DNA of 63,329 nt, filler included, from Octopus bimaculoides (Eukaryota), in NCBI RefSeq assembly GCF_001194135.2. It is 5 parts of 5 records of this genome, joined end to end, with 100 filler letters (N's around TTAATTAATTAA, not from the genome) between each part and the next. Parts side by side here need not be neighbours in the genome. Positions count along the whole stretch, not along the records: positions 1 to 16,287 come from NC_068981.1; positions 16,388 to 29,331 come from NC_068992.1; 3 more parts are not named here. One strand, 5' to 3'. Positions 12,086 to 23,609 of the stretch are shown here, in pieces. Both the position numbers and the translations under genes were made by a program. The notes beneath the pieces are model-generated. The model worked only from the letters and a program-made list of their open reading frames with translations. It was not told the origin of the DNA and did no database searches. Position 1 is the stretch's first letter. Each line of letters begins with the position of its first letter.

Positions 12086-12173
12086 TAGGTAAACAGATAG
12101 ATAGAAAAATAGATAGGGGAACACAGACAAAACAAAACACACACACACACACACACATATATATAATAATTTA

Positions 12174-12293
12174 TTATCTGCAAAAAATCCAGCATATTCT
12201 CTTACAGCTGTTTCAATTAATAATAGTTGCTATGTTAATCTTTAGGCTTAATTGAAACAGGCGTAAGAGAATATGTTGGATTTTTGCAGATAA
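12174..12293. repeat. Hairpin element with 46-47 bp arms; same family as 57708-57908
   Basis: ttatctgcaaaaaatccagcatattctcttacagctgtttcaattaa pairs with 12248-12293; right flank resembles 57910-58015. Confidence 0.85.
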
Positions 12294-12704
12294 TTTTTTA
12301 TTAAATGTTATACCTTGATTTTCTTTTGAATGATTATAAGCCATGATTTATATTTAGACCTATTATTTTATGAATATTATCATTATTCACAACAAATATT
12401 AGGTGATGAATCAGTAATTCATTGGATANNNNNNNNNNNNNNNNNNNNNNNNNNNNNNNNNNNNNNNNNNNNNNNNNNNNNNNNNNNNNNNNNNNNNNNN
12501 NNNNNNNNNNNNNNNNNNNNNNNNNNNNNNNNNNNNNNNNNNNNNNNNNNNNNNNNNNNNNNNNNNNNNNNNNNNNNNNNNNNNNNNNNNNNNNNNNNNN
12601 NNNNNNNNNNNNNNNNNNNNNNNNNNNNNNNNNNNNNNNNNNNNNNNNNNNNNNNNNNNNNNNNNNNNNNNNNNNNNNNNATATATATATATATATATAT
12701 ATAT

Positions 12705-12870
12705 ACACGACGGGCTCCAGTTTCCATCTACCAATTCCGCTCGCAAGGCTTAGCTTGGTCTGAGCATAGGCTACAGAAGAAGATACTAACCCAAGGTACC
12801 ACCCAGTGGTACTGAACCCGAAACCATGTGGATGGGAAGCAAACTTCTTACCACAAAACCATGCCTGTAT
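12705..12870 (-). mobile_element. SINE family B head
   Basis: ctgaacccgaaaccatgtgg...ttcttaccaca. Confidence 0.75.
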
Positions 12871-13169
12871 CTGGTGGATAATTTTATTCTTCATCTTTTT
12901 TTTATTCGTTCATCCCGGCCGGAGAGGCTTTTTCCTCTCATCCCTCTTTTCTCTGATCAATTGGAGAAGATTTAATGCCACAAATTCTTCCCCTTTCCAC
13001 AATTATTCTATGAAGACATATTTACTGTTCAATACTTTTATTCATTTTTTCAACCCTGACTGCTCTTCGTTTAAAGTTATATATGCGTATGCGTATGTGT
13101 GTGTATGTATTGTATGTATGCGTGTCTCAGCGTTTCTGTGTATGTATGTGTGTGTATATATATATATAT

Positions 13170-13270
13170 AGGCGCAGACGTGGTGTGTGGTTGGTAGTAA
13201 GAAACCTGCTCCCCAACCACATGGTTCAGTCTCATTACGTGGCACTTTGTGCAAGTGACTTCTACTACAG
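13170..13270 (+). mobile_element. SINE family B head, truncated
   Basis: ggcgcagacgtggtgtgtggttggtagtaag...aaccacatggttcagtc. Confidence 0.65.
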
Positions 13271-13289
13271 TCTCGTTGTATATATGTTT

Positions 13290-13328
<39 letters not shown>

Positions 13329-13620
13329 CGTGTGCACTCACGCGTGTTTTAAGTTGGGAAGACGGATTTGGTGTCTATCATTGATGAAGCACACAAACAA
13401 CGTCTCCTATAGTTTTGTGACGTCGCTCTTAACCCAACTCAGTACCTTGTAAGAAGAATTCCTAAAACGAAGGTCTTTCCACATTTAAGTCTACAAAAGA
13501 ATGTTTACTATAAATGTAAACAGGTTTATTTTCATCCTCACTGCTTTGACTGCCTTGAAATAAATATATTTTTTTTTAATATCTGACCTAGAGAGTGACC
13601 ATTATTAATTTGCTTCCACA

Positions 13621-13810
13621 TTTTCGCACAAGGCCAGCAATTTCGGGGGAGGGGTAAGTCGATTACATTGACCCCAGTGTTCACCTGGTACTTATAAAAG
13701 ATGGAAGGCTACGTCGACCTCGGCGGGATTTGAACTCAAAACGTAGATGGACTAAATGCTGCTAAGCATTTTCTCCACCGTTCTAATGATTCTGCTAGTT
13801 TGCCGCTTTA
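13621..13810 (-). mobile_element. SINE family A
   Basis: gtcgacctcggcgggatttgaactc; gctaagcatttt. Confidence 0.8.
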
Positions 13811-14029
13811 ATTGGACATAAAGTATTACCGCCATCACATCCCGCTTCTCCTTTCACTAGCAAATATATGCTAGTTGTACTTAGTTGAAAATGATCTCTG
13901 ATCTCTTTGTTAAGAGACGAGCGTCTCAGAAAGAAGTTGTGACTTCTGCTAATTAATTTCCCTTTTGTATTTTTGAATTTTTTTCTCGGATAAGATTTAC
14001 AAGTTACAATGTAATATTTTCCATATTCT

Positions 14030-14215
14030 TTTAGCGCAGCATTGACACCGAAGCCAAGAAAACATTATAAAAGTGTTCTGTATGAACCATTCTCGTACAA
14101 GGAGCTGAAATATGGACACAACACAAAAAGCATTACGAAATAAATTACAAGAGTTCCAGATATGGGAATATAGAAGATTTATGATAATATCACTGACAAC
14201 GCAAAACCAAGGATG
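14030..14215 (+). pseudogene. RTE-clade LINE post-RT fragment
   Basis: KKTL*KCSV*TILVQGAEIWT / KLQEFQIWEYRRFMIISLT resembles the RTE LLYGAETWT..EMW.YRRMLRISWT motif. Confidence 0.6.
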
Positions 14216-14477
14216 GAGAATTAAGATTGCCAAAAACAACGAAGCTTTTATTAAACAGAAAACTAAAATATAATGGTTAAAATAATTAACGAAAAAACTA
14301 ATTAATTAGAGAAAAACAGGGAAAAGAAAACCAAAAATTATGTGAGCGACTAATTTCAAAAATTGGTCAAACTTGAAATGCAGTAAATATATGAAGACGC
14401 TGAAGGAAAGAGTGACACGACGATCCATAGTGATAGCACTTCCCCATCATCTGGATTACCCTATCTTCAAGTATTGC

Positions 14478-14540
<63 letters not shown>

Positions 14541-14543
<3 letters not shown>

Positions 14544-15012
14544 GGTAGCGAGCTGGTAAAATCGTTATCACGCTGGACAAAATGCTTAGCGGTATTTCGC
14601 CCGTCGTTATGTTCCGAGTTCAAATTCCATCGAGGTCGACTTTGCATTTCATCCTTTCAGGGTCAATTAAAATAAATACCAATTGAGTCCTGAGGTCGAT
14701 GTAATCGACTATCCTCCTTCCCTAAATTTCAAGCCTTGTGCTTATAATAGAAAAGATTATTATTATTATTATTATTATTACTATTAAAAAGTCGGTGAGC
14801 TGGCGGAATCGTTAGTCCATCGGACAAAATGCTTATGGACATTTCTTCAAGACCTTTACGTGCTAATCTCAAATTCCGCCCATGGGAAACTTTGCCTTTC
14901 GTTCTTTCGGTTTCAAAAAAAAAAAAAGTACCAGTGGGTCACTGGGGTCGATGTAATCAACTAGCCACTCCTCCAAGATTTCAGGCCTTGTGCCTAGAGT
15001 AGAAAGGATTAT
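14541..15012 (+). mobile_element. Two tandem SINE family A copies (14541-14760, 14790-15012)
   Basis: Two gagctgg heads and two cores separated by (ATT)n. Confidence 0.85.
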
Positions 15013-15250
15013 TGTTGTTGCTGTTGTTGTTTTTAACTTTTGTTTTTATATTTTATTTTTGTATTCTTTAAGTTATTCTTTTTCTTGGCATCGCCATTGT
15101 TGTCGTTGTTTTTATTCTTCTTATTGGTGTTATTCCTCTTATTGTCGCTACAGATATTGCTCCTCTTCCTGTTATTGTTCGTATCATTGGCTTTCATCTT
15201 CTCAACACGGTTGTTGTTGTTGTTATTGTTGTTGTTGTTGCTACTACTAC

Positions 15251-15287
<37 letters not shown>

Positions 15288-15289
15288 GC

Positions 15290-15338
<49 letters not shown>

Positions 15339-16132
15339 ATTGTTGTCAATATTAAGAGTTGTAAGAAATAATTTAATAAACAAAATGAAGTTAATGGATT
15401 GAAATCCGATACGTTTCCGCCAAGTGTCACCAAAATGATGGATTGAGAAAAGAGTGATTGTCTTATTGGATGGTCATCATCTTGTAGTGCCAGAATGGTC
15501 CCTGGAAGCCTACCTTTCTCTTCGGGGTTCCCCACTTTGGTAACTTGCTCATTTTTGTAAGAATGGGATGATGATCAGGAGGGTGGTGATGATGATGACG
15601 ATGATACGTTGCAGCCCAAGACAGAAATCTGCGGCGTGTGAAGCGAAATGACAAAAACAAGATGGATCACCAATATGGCGTTTTATTAAATATATTGACA
15701 GAGGGATAGCAGAGTGACGACATCTACTTGAAATTAAATGCAGAACGGTATATATATATATAGATATAGATATAAACATGTGTGTGTGAGTACCTCTGTG
15801 TGTATGTAGGTATGTATGCATGTATAAATATTACATACACATACATACACACACATATGTTATATATATCATATGTGTATGTATATTTATATATAAATAG
15901 ATATACTTTTATATATATATGTTTGTGTGTGTCTGTATACATATATAGATATAGTATGCTTGTATGTATGTGTGTATATTTAGATATACATAGATATACT
16001 TATATATATTATATATGTGTGTATATAATCACAGATATGCAGGAAGTAAACAGACACCTTTAATTTTCAATATTTCTGATCTAAGCGTCTTAATATGTTT
16101 TCAGCGGTGTAGAATTTACAATGTAATTATTC

Positions 16133-16287
16133 TTTCAAAGAGGTCGTATTGTTGGGCAACCTGAAGCTGGTCTTAGCCAGCGAAAAATTGCGGAAAATCT
16201 TCAAATTCCTCTTGCTACTGTTAATAGAATTATAGTGCAATTCAAAAGCCAAGAAAAACAAACTAAAGATTCTCGTCCCAGCCAACC
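16133..16287 (+). pseudogene. Tc1-like transposase N-terminal HTH fragment, running into a gap
   Basis: [38 protein letters not shown]; homologous to 21503-21340. Confidence 0.8.
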
Positions 16288-16331
16288 NNNNNNNNNNNNN
16301 NNNNNNNNNNNNNNNNNNNNNNNNNNNNNNN

Positions 16332-16343
16332 TTAATTAATTAA
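16332..16343. other. Artificial gap spacer TTAATTAATTAA (also 29376, 52911, 60048)
   Basis: 44 N + 12 bp + 44 N = 100 bp; stop codons in all six frames. Confidence 0.9.
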
Positions 16344-16387
16344 NNNNNNNNNNNNNNNNNNNNNNNNNNNNNNNNNNNNNNNNNNNN

Positions 16388-16424
<37 letters not shown>

Positions 16425-16789
16425 CATACATATATATATTGTTTTGCACCGGTTTATTCCTTCTGGAATAATACCAATGTTTTCTTCGAAACATGTTGGA
16501 AGTAAGACGATTTAAATAACACCTGTGTTTAACTCCATTTATTTATTTATTTATCTATATCATCAAAAACATTTCACCTAAACCTGGAGTTTTAACCTTT
16601 ATAAGTAGGCTGTTACATCTTGGTACTTGTGTGAATTTTGCTACTTTGGTACCTATTTATTTATTTTTTCCATGTTGTTTGTAAACACTGAAAAAGCACA
16701 TACATTTATATACATGGATATATATAGACATACATAAATACATACATAATACACATATATATATATACTGGATGTTTGATTAATATGAA

Positions 16790-17030
16790 AAACGTCTGTA
16801 CAATAACTTTTCCTCTCTTAGACTTAAACATAAGGCTAATTGTACATAATTATCTAGTAAGATTTGGGAACAGCATTGAGTTTAGCCTTAAATGGGAAAT
16901 AATAAGAAAAGTGCAGCCTAATAGAAATAGTAGTTATGGGTGTGAACTGTGCTCTATGGAAACATATGAGATTTTGAAGTATAAAGACAAGAGCAACCTG
17001 ATTAACAATAGATTGGACCTTAGAGTATCA
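16790..17030 (+). pseudogene. Penelope-like GIY-YIG endonuclease C-terminal half
   Basis: KRLYNNFSSLRLKHKANCT*LSSKIWE (frameshift) LKWEIIRKVQP..CELCSMETYEILKYKDKSNLINNR. Confidence 0.75.
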
Positions 17031-18400
17031 TACATAGTGTCACCCGTACATTTAGATATTTTCGAAATTAGCGCTTTATAGGTGTTGTGCTTGAACTGAA
17101 TGAATGGAAACTTACTTTTAATATTTAAGTGGTAGATCTGAATATTCTTACCCTCTGATTCTAAATATATATATAAAATAAATTTAGGTGATATTCAGTC
17201 ACATGAGGAATTAAAGTGCATTGCATATAATATAGTAAGTTAGAGTGCTACATGTAGCTAGTATACTATCTTATGAATATTCCTGCCTAGTTAATCTAAC
17301 TTCATCATGGTATAAGTAATTAATCTATTTATCCCTTTCTATAGTGTTCCACTATCCTGATCATATTATTTATTTTTATAAAGGCCTTAATGTAAGTAGC
17401 TCTCCGAATTAAGTACCCCAAGTAAAACTACATTATCATGTATGGATTAACACTGGTAACTTTTAAATCTTATATTATACCACTTAGTTTATAATTATTA
17501 TATATTTTGCATGTTCTATAGCCTCAATATTCCTCTAGTTAATACCAGGTATCAGTCTTTATAGATACTACCTAATCAATAAGTAATTTAGTTTAGATGA
17601 TTGAATTATTAAACAATTTCTATATAATCTCTCTTCTATTGATGGTAATAAGGTATATATGCTTCATCATGGTTTTAGTGATTAAGCTATTTATTCCTTT
17701 CTATGGTGTTCTACCCTACCTGACCATATCATTATTTTTATAATAGCCTTTATGAAATTAAACCTAATTTTTCTACCCCTAGATATTTATATTAGTTTAT
17801 ATATAACAGCACCGGCAGCTTTACAACTTATAATATGCCTCTAAGATTATAATTAATATATAGTTAGCATGTTCTCCTTTATTAAATGCCACTGATCAAG
17901 CTTCATAGATACCATCTAACTAGTAAATATTTAAGTATATGAATAAATATTAAACTAATTCTATATAATTTCATTTCTCCCCCTATTGTTGTAAATTTTG
18001 GCATTTACTCAAAAGTATTTAAAAATTTCTCCTTTCGGTTATAATATTCTTCTTAATATTTTTCTTGATAATCCTAAATTTTATCTTTATATAATATAAC
18101 AATATTGTTTAAATCATTCAACTATAGTACTCCATGATAAAATTTCCCCTATATTAGCATCATTGGTTTTATTAGAGTCTTGCCCCTTTAACTCGTAACT
18201 AACATCTTGGTTTAAGATCTTACTTTACGAAACCTCATTATAGACAGTTACTTTATACTACTTCAAATTAAACTTGACAAGTTTTATGACTATACCCACT
18301 ATGATTCTGTCAACTCTCTCAGGCCCTTTCCTAACAGACAATGCTCTTTGGTCTTAGATTTTGATATACAAAGATTTTATAAACAAGACTATAAATTAAA
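17030..18400 (-). pseudogene. Highly decayed Penelope-like RT region with an internal duplication
   Basis: NIEAIEHAKYIIIIN and GLYKNNNMIRIV resemble the PLE GLYRDDGL region; ~85-bp block repeated at ~17300 and ~17660; many stops. Confidence 0.45.
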
Positions 18401-20107
18401 ACTGACCCAAAAATCAGTGACAAGCTAGATTTCTAACAAGTTTTTCCTGATGTCTAAGTAGCTTCTAAGCTGAAGTGATTACAGCATGGACTTAGTCTGT
18501 CTTCTTACCCTCTTAGAGGATTTAGGTAAAATTATACAAATGTGTCTGACTGATTAAATTAATTCTATTTATTTATTTATTTATGCAACTGAGGATAGTT
18601 CTGCATTTAAATTGATGTAATGATTGCCTTGTTCAATTAAATGAACTCGCTTGAAACAGTCGTACTGCATCACCTCTGGATATCCTGTTGCTTATTTTGA
18701 TTATATATNNNNNNNNNNNNNNNNNNNNNNNNNNNNNNNNNNNNNNNNNNNNNNNNNNNNNNNNNNNNNNNNNNNNNNNNNNNNNNNNNNNNNNNNNNNN
18801 NNNNNNNNNNNNNNNNNNNNNNNNNNNNNNNNNNNNNNNNNNNNNNNNNNNNNNNNNNNNNNNNNNNNNNNNNNNNNNNNNNNNNNNNNNNNNNNNNNNN
18901 NNNNNNNNNNNNNNNNNNNNNNNNNNNNNNNNNNNNNNNNNNNNNNNNNNNNNNNNNNNNNNNNNNNNNNNNNNNNNNNNNNNNNNNNNNNNNNNNNNNN
19001 NNNNNNNNNNNNNNNNNNNNNNNNNNNNNNNNNNNNNNNNNNNNNNNNNNNNNNNNNNNNNNNNNNNNNNNNNNNNNNNNNNNNNNNNNNNNNNNNNNNN
19101 NNNNNNNNNNNNNNNNNNNNNNNNNNNNNNNNNNNNNNNNNNNNNNNNNNNNNNNNNNNNNNNNNNNNNNNNNNNNNNNNNNNNNNNNNNNNNNNNNNNN
19201 NNNNNNNNNNNNNNNNNNNNNNNNNNNNNNNNNNNNNNNNNNNNNNNNNNNNNNNNNNNNNNNNNNNNNNNNNNNNNNNNNNNNNNNNNNNNNNNNNNNN
19301 NNNNNNNNNNNNNNNNNNNNNNNNNNNNNNNNNNNNNNNNNNNNNNNNNNNNNNNNNNNNNNNNNNNNNNNNNNNNNNNNNNNNNNNNNNNNNNNNNNNN
19401 NNNNNNNNNNNNNNNNNNNNNNNNNNNNNNNNNNNNNNNNNNNNNNNNNNNNNNNNNNNNNNNNNNNNNNNNNNNNNNNNNNNNNNNNNNNNNNNNNNNN
19501 NNNNNNNNNNNNNNNNNNNNNNNNNNNNNNNNNNNNNNNNNNNNNNNNNNNNNNNNNNNNNNNNNNNNNNNNNNNNNNNNNNNNNNNNNNATATATATAT
19601 ATATATATATATATATAAAGGCAAAATTAAAACAGTTAAATTAATTCCAAAGCCACGAAAGCACTGTACTTAATGACTGACAAAGAGAGGCAAGTCCCTA
19701 GCATATATAGCTGTATCATAATTCTCATCAGCAGCTCTTAGCACCTAAGGTTAAACTTAACTTCCTTTGTCAATCTTATAAGAAAACCCATTGAAATCAT
19801 GTGCTGATTTTCAAAATGGTAAAAGTGTAAACAACGCTTTACCTAAAGGCAAAATTAACAGATGTCACAAAAGTGATGGAGGATGTTGACTAGAACTGCT
19901 TATGCTAAAATAACAGTTAATTTAACTCCAAAGATGCTAAAGTCCTATACTTTATGATTGACAAAGGGAGGCAAGTTCGTAGTATATATAGCCTTGTCGT
20001 GATTTTGAATTTTTTGGTGTAGAGCACCTTAATTCTCATCAGCAGTTTTTAACATCTAGGGTTAAACTCGACATCCTTTGTCAAACTTATAAGAAAAACC
20101 GTTGAAA

Positions 20108-20917
20108 CCATCATCATCATGATTTGAAGTCTGTTTTCCATGCTGGCATGGGTTGGCCAGTTTGACCAAAAAAGCAGGCTGGAAGACTTCACGAGACTCC
20201 AGTCTGATTTGACATGGTTTTCTACAGTTGGATGCCCTTCCTAACGCCAACCATTCTGAGAGTGTAATAGGTGCTCTTTACATGCCACTGGTATGGGAGC
20301 CAGTCAGGTGGATCTGGCATTGACCACATTTGGATGGTGCTTTTTACATGCCACCAGCACGGGAGTCAGTCAGGGGGAATTGGCATCGGCCACCTTCAGT
20401 TGGTGCATTTTATGTGCCACTGGCATGGGGGTCAGTCAGGCAGACCTGGCATTGACCACGCTTGGATGGTGCTTTTTACATGCCACTGGCATGGGAGCTA
20501 GTCAGGGGGAACTAGCCACAGCTACGATATTGGTCTTATTTAACTCAGCAGGTTTTCTCAAGCATATCATATCGCCCAACGCGTCAGAGGTCTTCTTAAC
20601 AGGGCCGGACATGTGTGGCTGCAATCTCACTTTAGTTGCTAAGTCTTCTCAATCACAGCATATCTCCAAAGGTTATGGTCTCCTGTCATTACCTCTGTGA
20701 GGTCCAATGTTCGAAGGTCATGCTTCACCACCTCTTCCCATGTCTTCCTGGGTCTACCTCTTCCACAGGTTCCTTCAACAGTTAGAGAGTGACACTTCTT
20801 CACACAGCTGTCTTCATTCATACGTAATATATGATCATACCAGTGCAGTCGCCTCTCTTGTACACCACATTTGATGCTTCTTATGCCCAACTTTTCTCTC
20901 AGGGTACTTACACTCTT
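20108..20917 (-). mobile_element. 5'-truncated RTE LINE: ORF C-terminus, 3'UTR with ~66-bp minisatellite (20280-20520), (GAT)n tail
   Basis: SVSTLREKLGIRSIKCGVQERRLHWYDHILRM..GRGRPRKTWEEVVKHDL. Confidence 0.88.
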
Positions 20918-21608
20918 TGATAGACTATTGCTCCCCAGATCATAACAGAATAGCTGTCATGTTTCATTGTCGGCTGCAATCTTTTCACATCAAATTCTTG
21001 ATCAGTGAGTCTCCAGACTCGATCACTGTCAGAAAATTCAGCAAATCTGGACACACTGGAGAAACTGACAGTGTTCCAAAATCTTAGTGACTTCTTCCAC
21101 CATCTCACTGACCCAATCTTTACTCTGCTTGATATTGGCTGGTCAAAGAAGTGGCTTCCTTCTTACTGCTCTACCATTGCAACCAAGTTTGTGGAGATAC
21201 CTGACAGCTGTTCTGAGACTGACATCAACATGTTCTGCTGTCAGAGGTCTTGCAATGAGGATTATCGCCCACACTTCTCTTAACAAAGAGAAAGGTCCTG
21301 TTAGACAGACCTAGTCAACCTGAATGAGGTGATGTGGGCTCCTTCCCCTCTCTGGTGGATTGCACAATCACTCTGTTAATTGTAGAAAGCAGGATCCCAA
21401 GATTTTCTGCAATTTTACACTTACTATATCCACCTTCAGGCTGACCCACAATATGGCCTATTTGAAATTATGACAGTTCCAAGGCTTCTTTTGTACATGG
21501 CATGATTAAACAGTCACATATAGTACCTGAAACATGAAAATGTCAATTAATGAAAAATATAAACTTTTACAAGTTAGAATAAACACAAAACGATGTCTTA
21601 TGGAGTGT
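20918..21608 (-). pseudogene. Tc1-like transposon 5' part (HTH to first DDE motif)
   Basis: ATG at 21503: [24 protein letters not shown]..; RAVRRKPLL; WNTVSFSSVSRF..LQPTMKHDSYSVMIWGAI. Confidence 0.85.
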
Positions 21609-21628
21609 CTATTTACTTCTGTCATGTC

Positions 21629-23245
21629 TGTTGTGTATTGAACTCCTAATCTTTATAGGAATAATTAACCTATCAGTCACATGGCATGTATGTATTTTAT
21701 GTGAACTTGTCGATCCCATATTTTTTTGATTGGTTAAATACTTGAATTGTTGTGAGTTAAATTGATTTTACTGTTAATTTGCTGTCTTGTGTCTGACAAT
21801 ACCTTATTTTGCTGCATATGGCAGCCTTGTTGATGCTTTTCCCCTTTGTTTGAAGGGGGAAGCACGGTAAATGGAGATGATAATGGAAGAGATTAGCTCC
21901 TCACATTTGTCGTCGTCTGGGGAGTAGCTGGTGAAGAATCTAAATAAAATGGATGAAGCAATAGAGTTGAAGAAATTTGCAGAGGCAGTGAAAGAAAAAA
22001 GTGAAGATGTATGCCTAGGAGATTTAAACAAATTTAAGGAAATGCTTAAAAAGGAGGGAAACGATGTAAATGTGTCCCCTCCTAAGTGAGACTACGGAGG
22101 AGGTGACAAGAACTTTACTGTATAGAACTTACAGAGGGAAACACCAACGAATAGAAGTCACATCCAACTTTGAGGTTGTAAAATAACTTCACCAGAGGAA
22201 AGAAATTTGCAACAGTGGAGATGTGGTTTGCATCAGAGGCTGTGGCCAGGCAGCATTCCATGACTCCCCTCAAAACAGACGAGGTGGTCCTTCTGCCCAT
22301 ATATCTGTGAAGACATGCTTCTAGGGTAAGGGTAGAAGAGATTCCTCCTGAAGTGGTGGTTCCTTGCCTGGTAGCCGCCATCCTGTGGGGAATGGAGGAC
22401 AAGATTTTGGTCCTCCAGGCTAAGAGAGTGTCACCAAGGAATTGGCAGGGTAGGTCCTGGAAATGGTGATCCAGACCGCCCCAGAGGATATGGAAAGGAT
22501 GGTGGAAACCACTACGGTCGGAGAAGACATAAAGTTGAGGGCAGGACAAACCGATGCTTTAAATGTGACGAAAAAGGTCACAGAAAAGCACAATGCTAGT
22601 ACAAAGGCACCAAATGAGAAAACTGCACCTCCGCCCCAGCAACGTTGTGTGTGCATGAGGAGTAGCCAGAGAAGGGAGAAGGAAACCAAGAGGAATGGAG
22701 TATGCAGACCAAAATAGGAAGGAAAATAACTGAGGAAAAATGTGAACTCATACTATTTCAGTTGATTGTCAATCTAAGAAGCAGCGAGCAAAGAGAGAAA
22801 GTTCTTCAAGTAAATGAAGTTAACGAACTCAGTTTAGAAGCTACAGTACAGTTTTTACAATGTTCTTCGCAAAGATCTGATTTTTGCAACAGTTCAAATG
22901 AGCAAGTCGAGCGAGCTGTCCAAACCATCAAACGAGCTGTCCAAACCATCAAACGAGCTTTATCTGCATGGAATCCTGTCATTGACGATTGATATCCCTA
23001 GTTACCGCCAGTTCTACTCAATCATCGATCTTCATCAGGCGGGAAAGCTGCTTCTCCTGGGGAAAGGTTATTCAGAAGAGTATTACGTACCTGTTGCAAC
23101 CCACCAAATCGATTTTCTTATTGAGGTGACGAGTGTCGTATATTGAACTCCTAATCAATATATAACAAATGCTCTACGTTTGTTCAAATAATTAAAAACC
23201 GCCAGTCACATGGCATGTACGAATTTTATGTGAATTTGTCCGTTT
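21629..23245 (+). mobile_element. Internally deleted Gypsy-like LTR retrotransposon
   Basis: LTR starts TGTTGTGTATTGAACTCCTAATC (21629) and TGTCGTATATTGAACTCCTAATC (23134), plus shared cagtcacatggcatgta; CCHC knuckle CFKCDEKGHRKAQC 22555-22596; integrase-like SNEQVERAVQTIKRA ~22890-22935. Confidence 0.8.
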
Positions 23246-23609
23246 TATTATTTTTTTCTCCTATATTGCAATTAAAATGAAAAAAAAAATGGCCTTGCAT
23301 ACCCTGCGCGCAGATAAATTTCTTCGCAGATTATTGTGTGGCTTACAATGAATTGTTTAGTCATGCTTTTTAACTGAGCTGAATAATTCTCTTTTTTTAA
23401 GTATCACCATCATATGTATTTATACTTTGATGAAATGAAGAATTCAACTCGTAAATAAACGAAACATTTGAATCCATCAGAGTACACACACACACAGCTG
23501 CACATCTATGTATGTATGCATGTATGTACCCACATGTGCCTACACGGAGAGATACACCATAATCTATATACCTGCAGACATGGGTCGTTTCATATGAAAA
23601 AGAAAGTAG

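Noticed and set aside
14990-15535. Poly-Cys/Asn/Leu/Thr ORFs (and HT/CV/YI ORFs throughout, e.g. 37111-37851)
   Set aside because: Translations of (TTG)n, (CA)n and (TA)n repeats; no coding signal.
16332-16343. Recurrent TTAATTAATTAA as a biological motif
   Set aside because: Always centred in a 100-bp N gap; an assembly spacer.
17030-18500. Mitochondrial insertion (NUMT)
   Set aside because: AT-rich but no mitochondrial gene motifs; it fits a decayed Penelope-like RT better.
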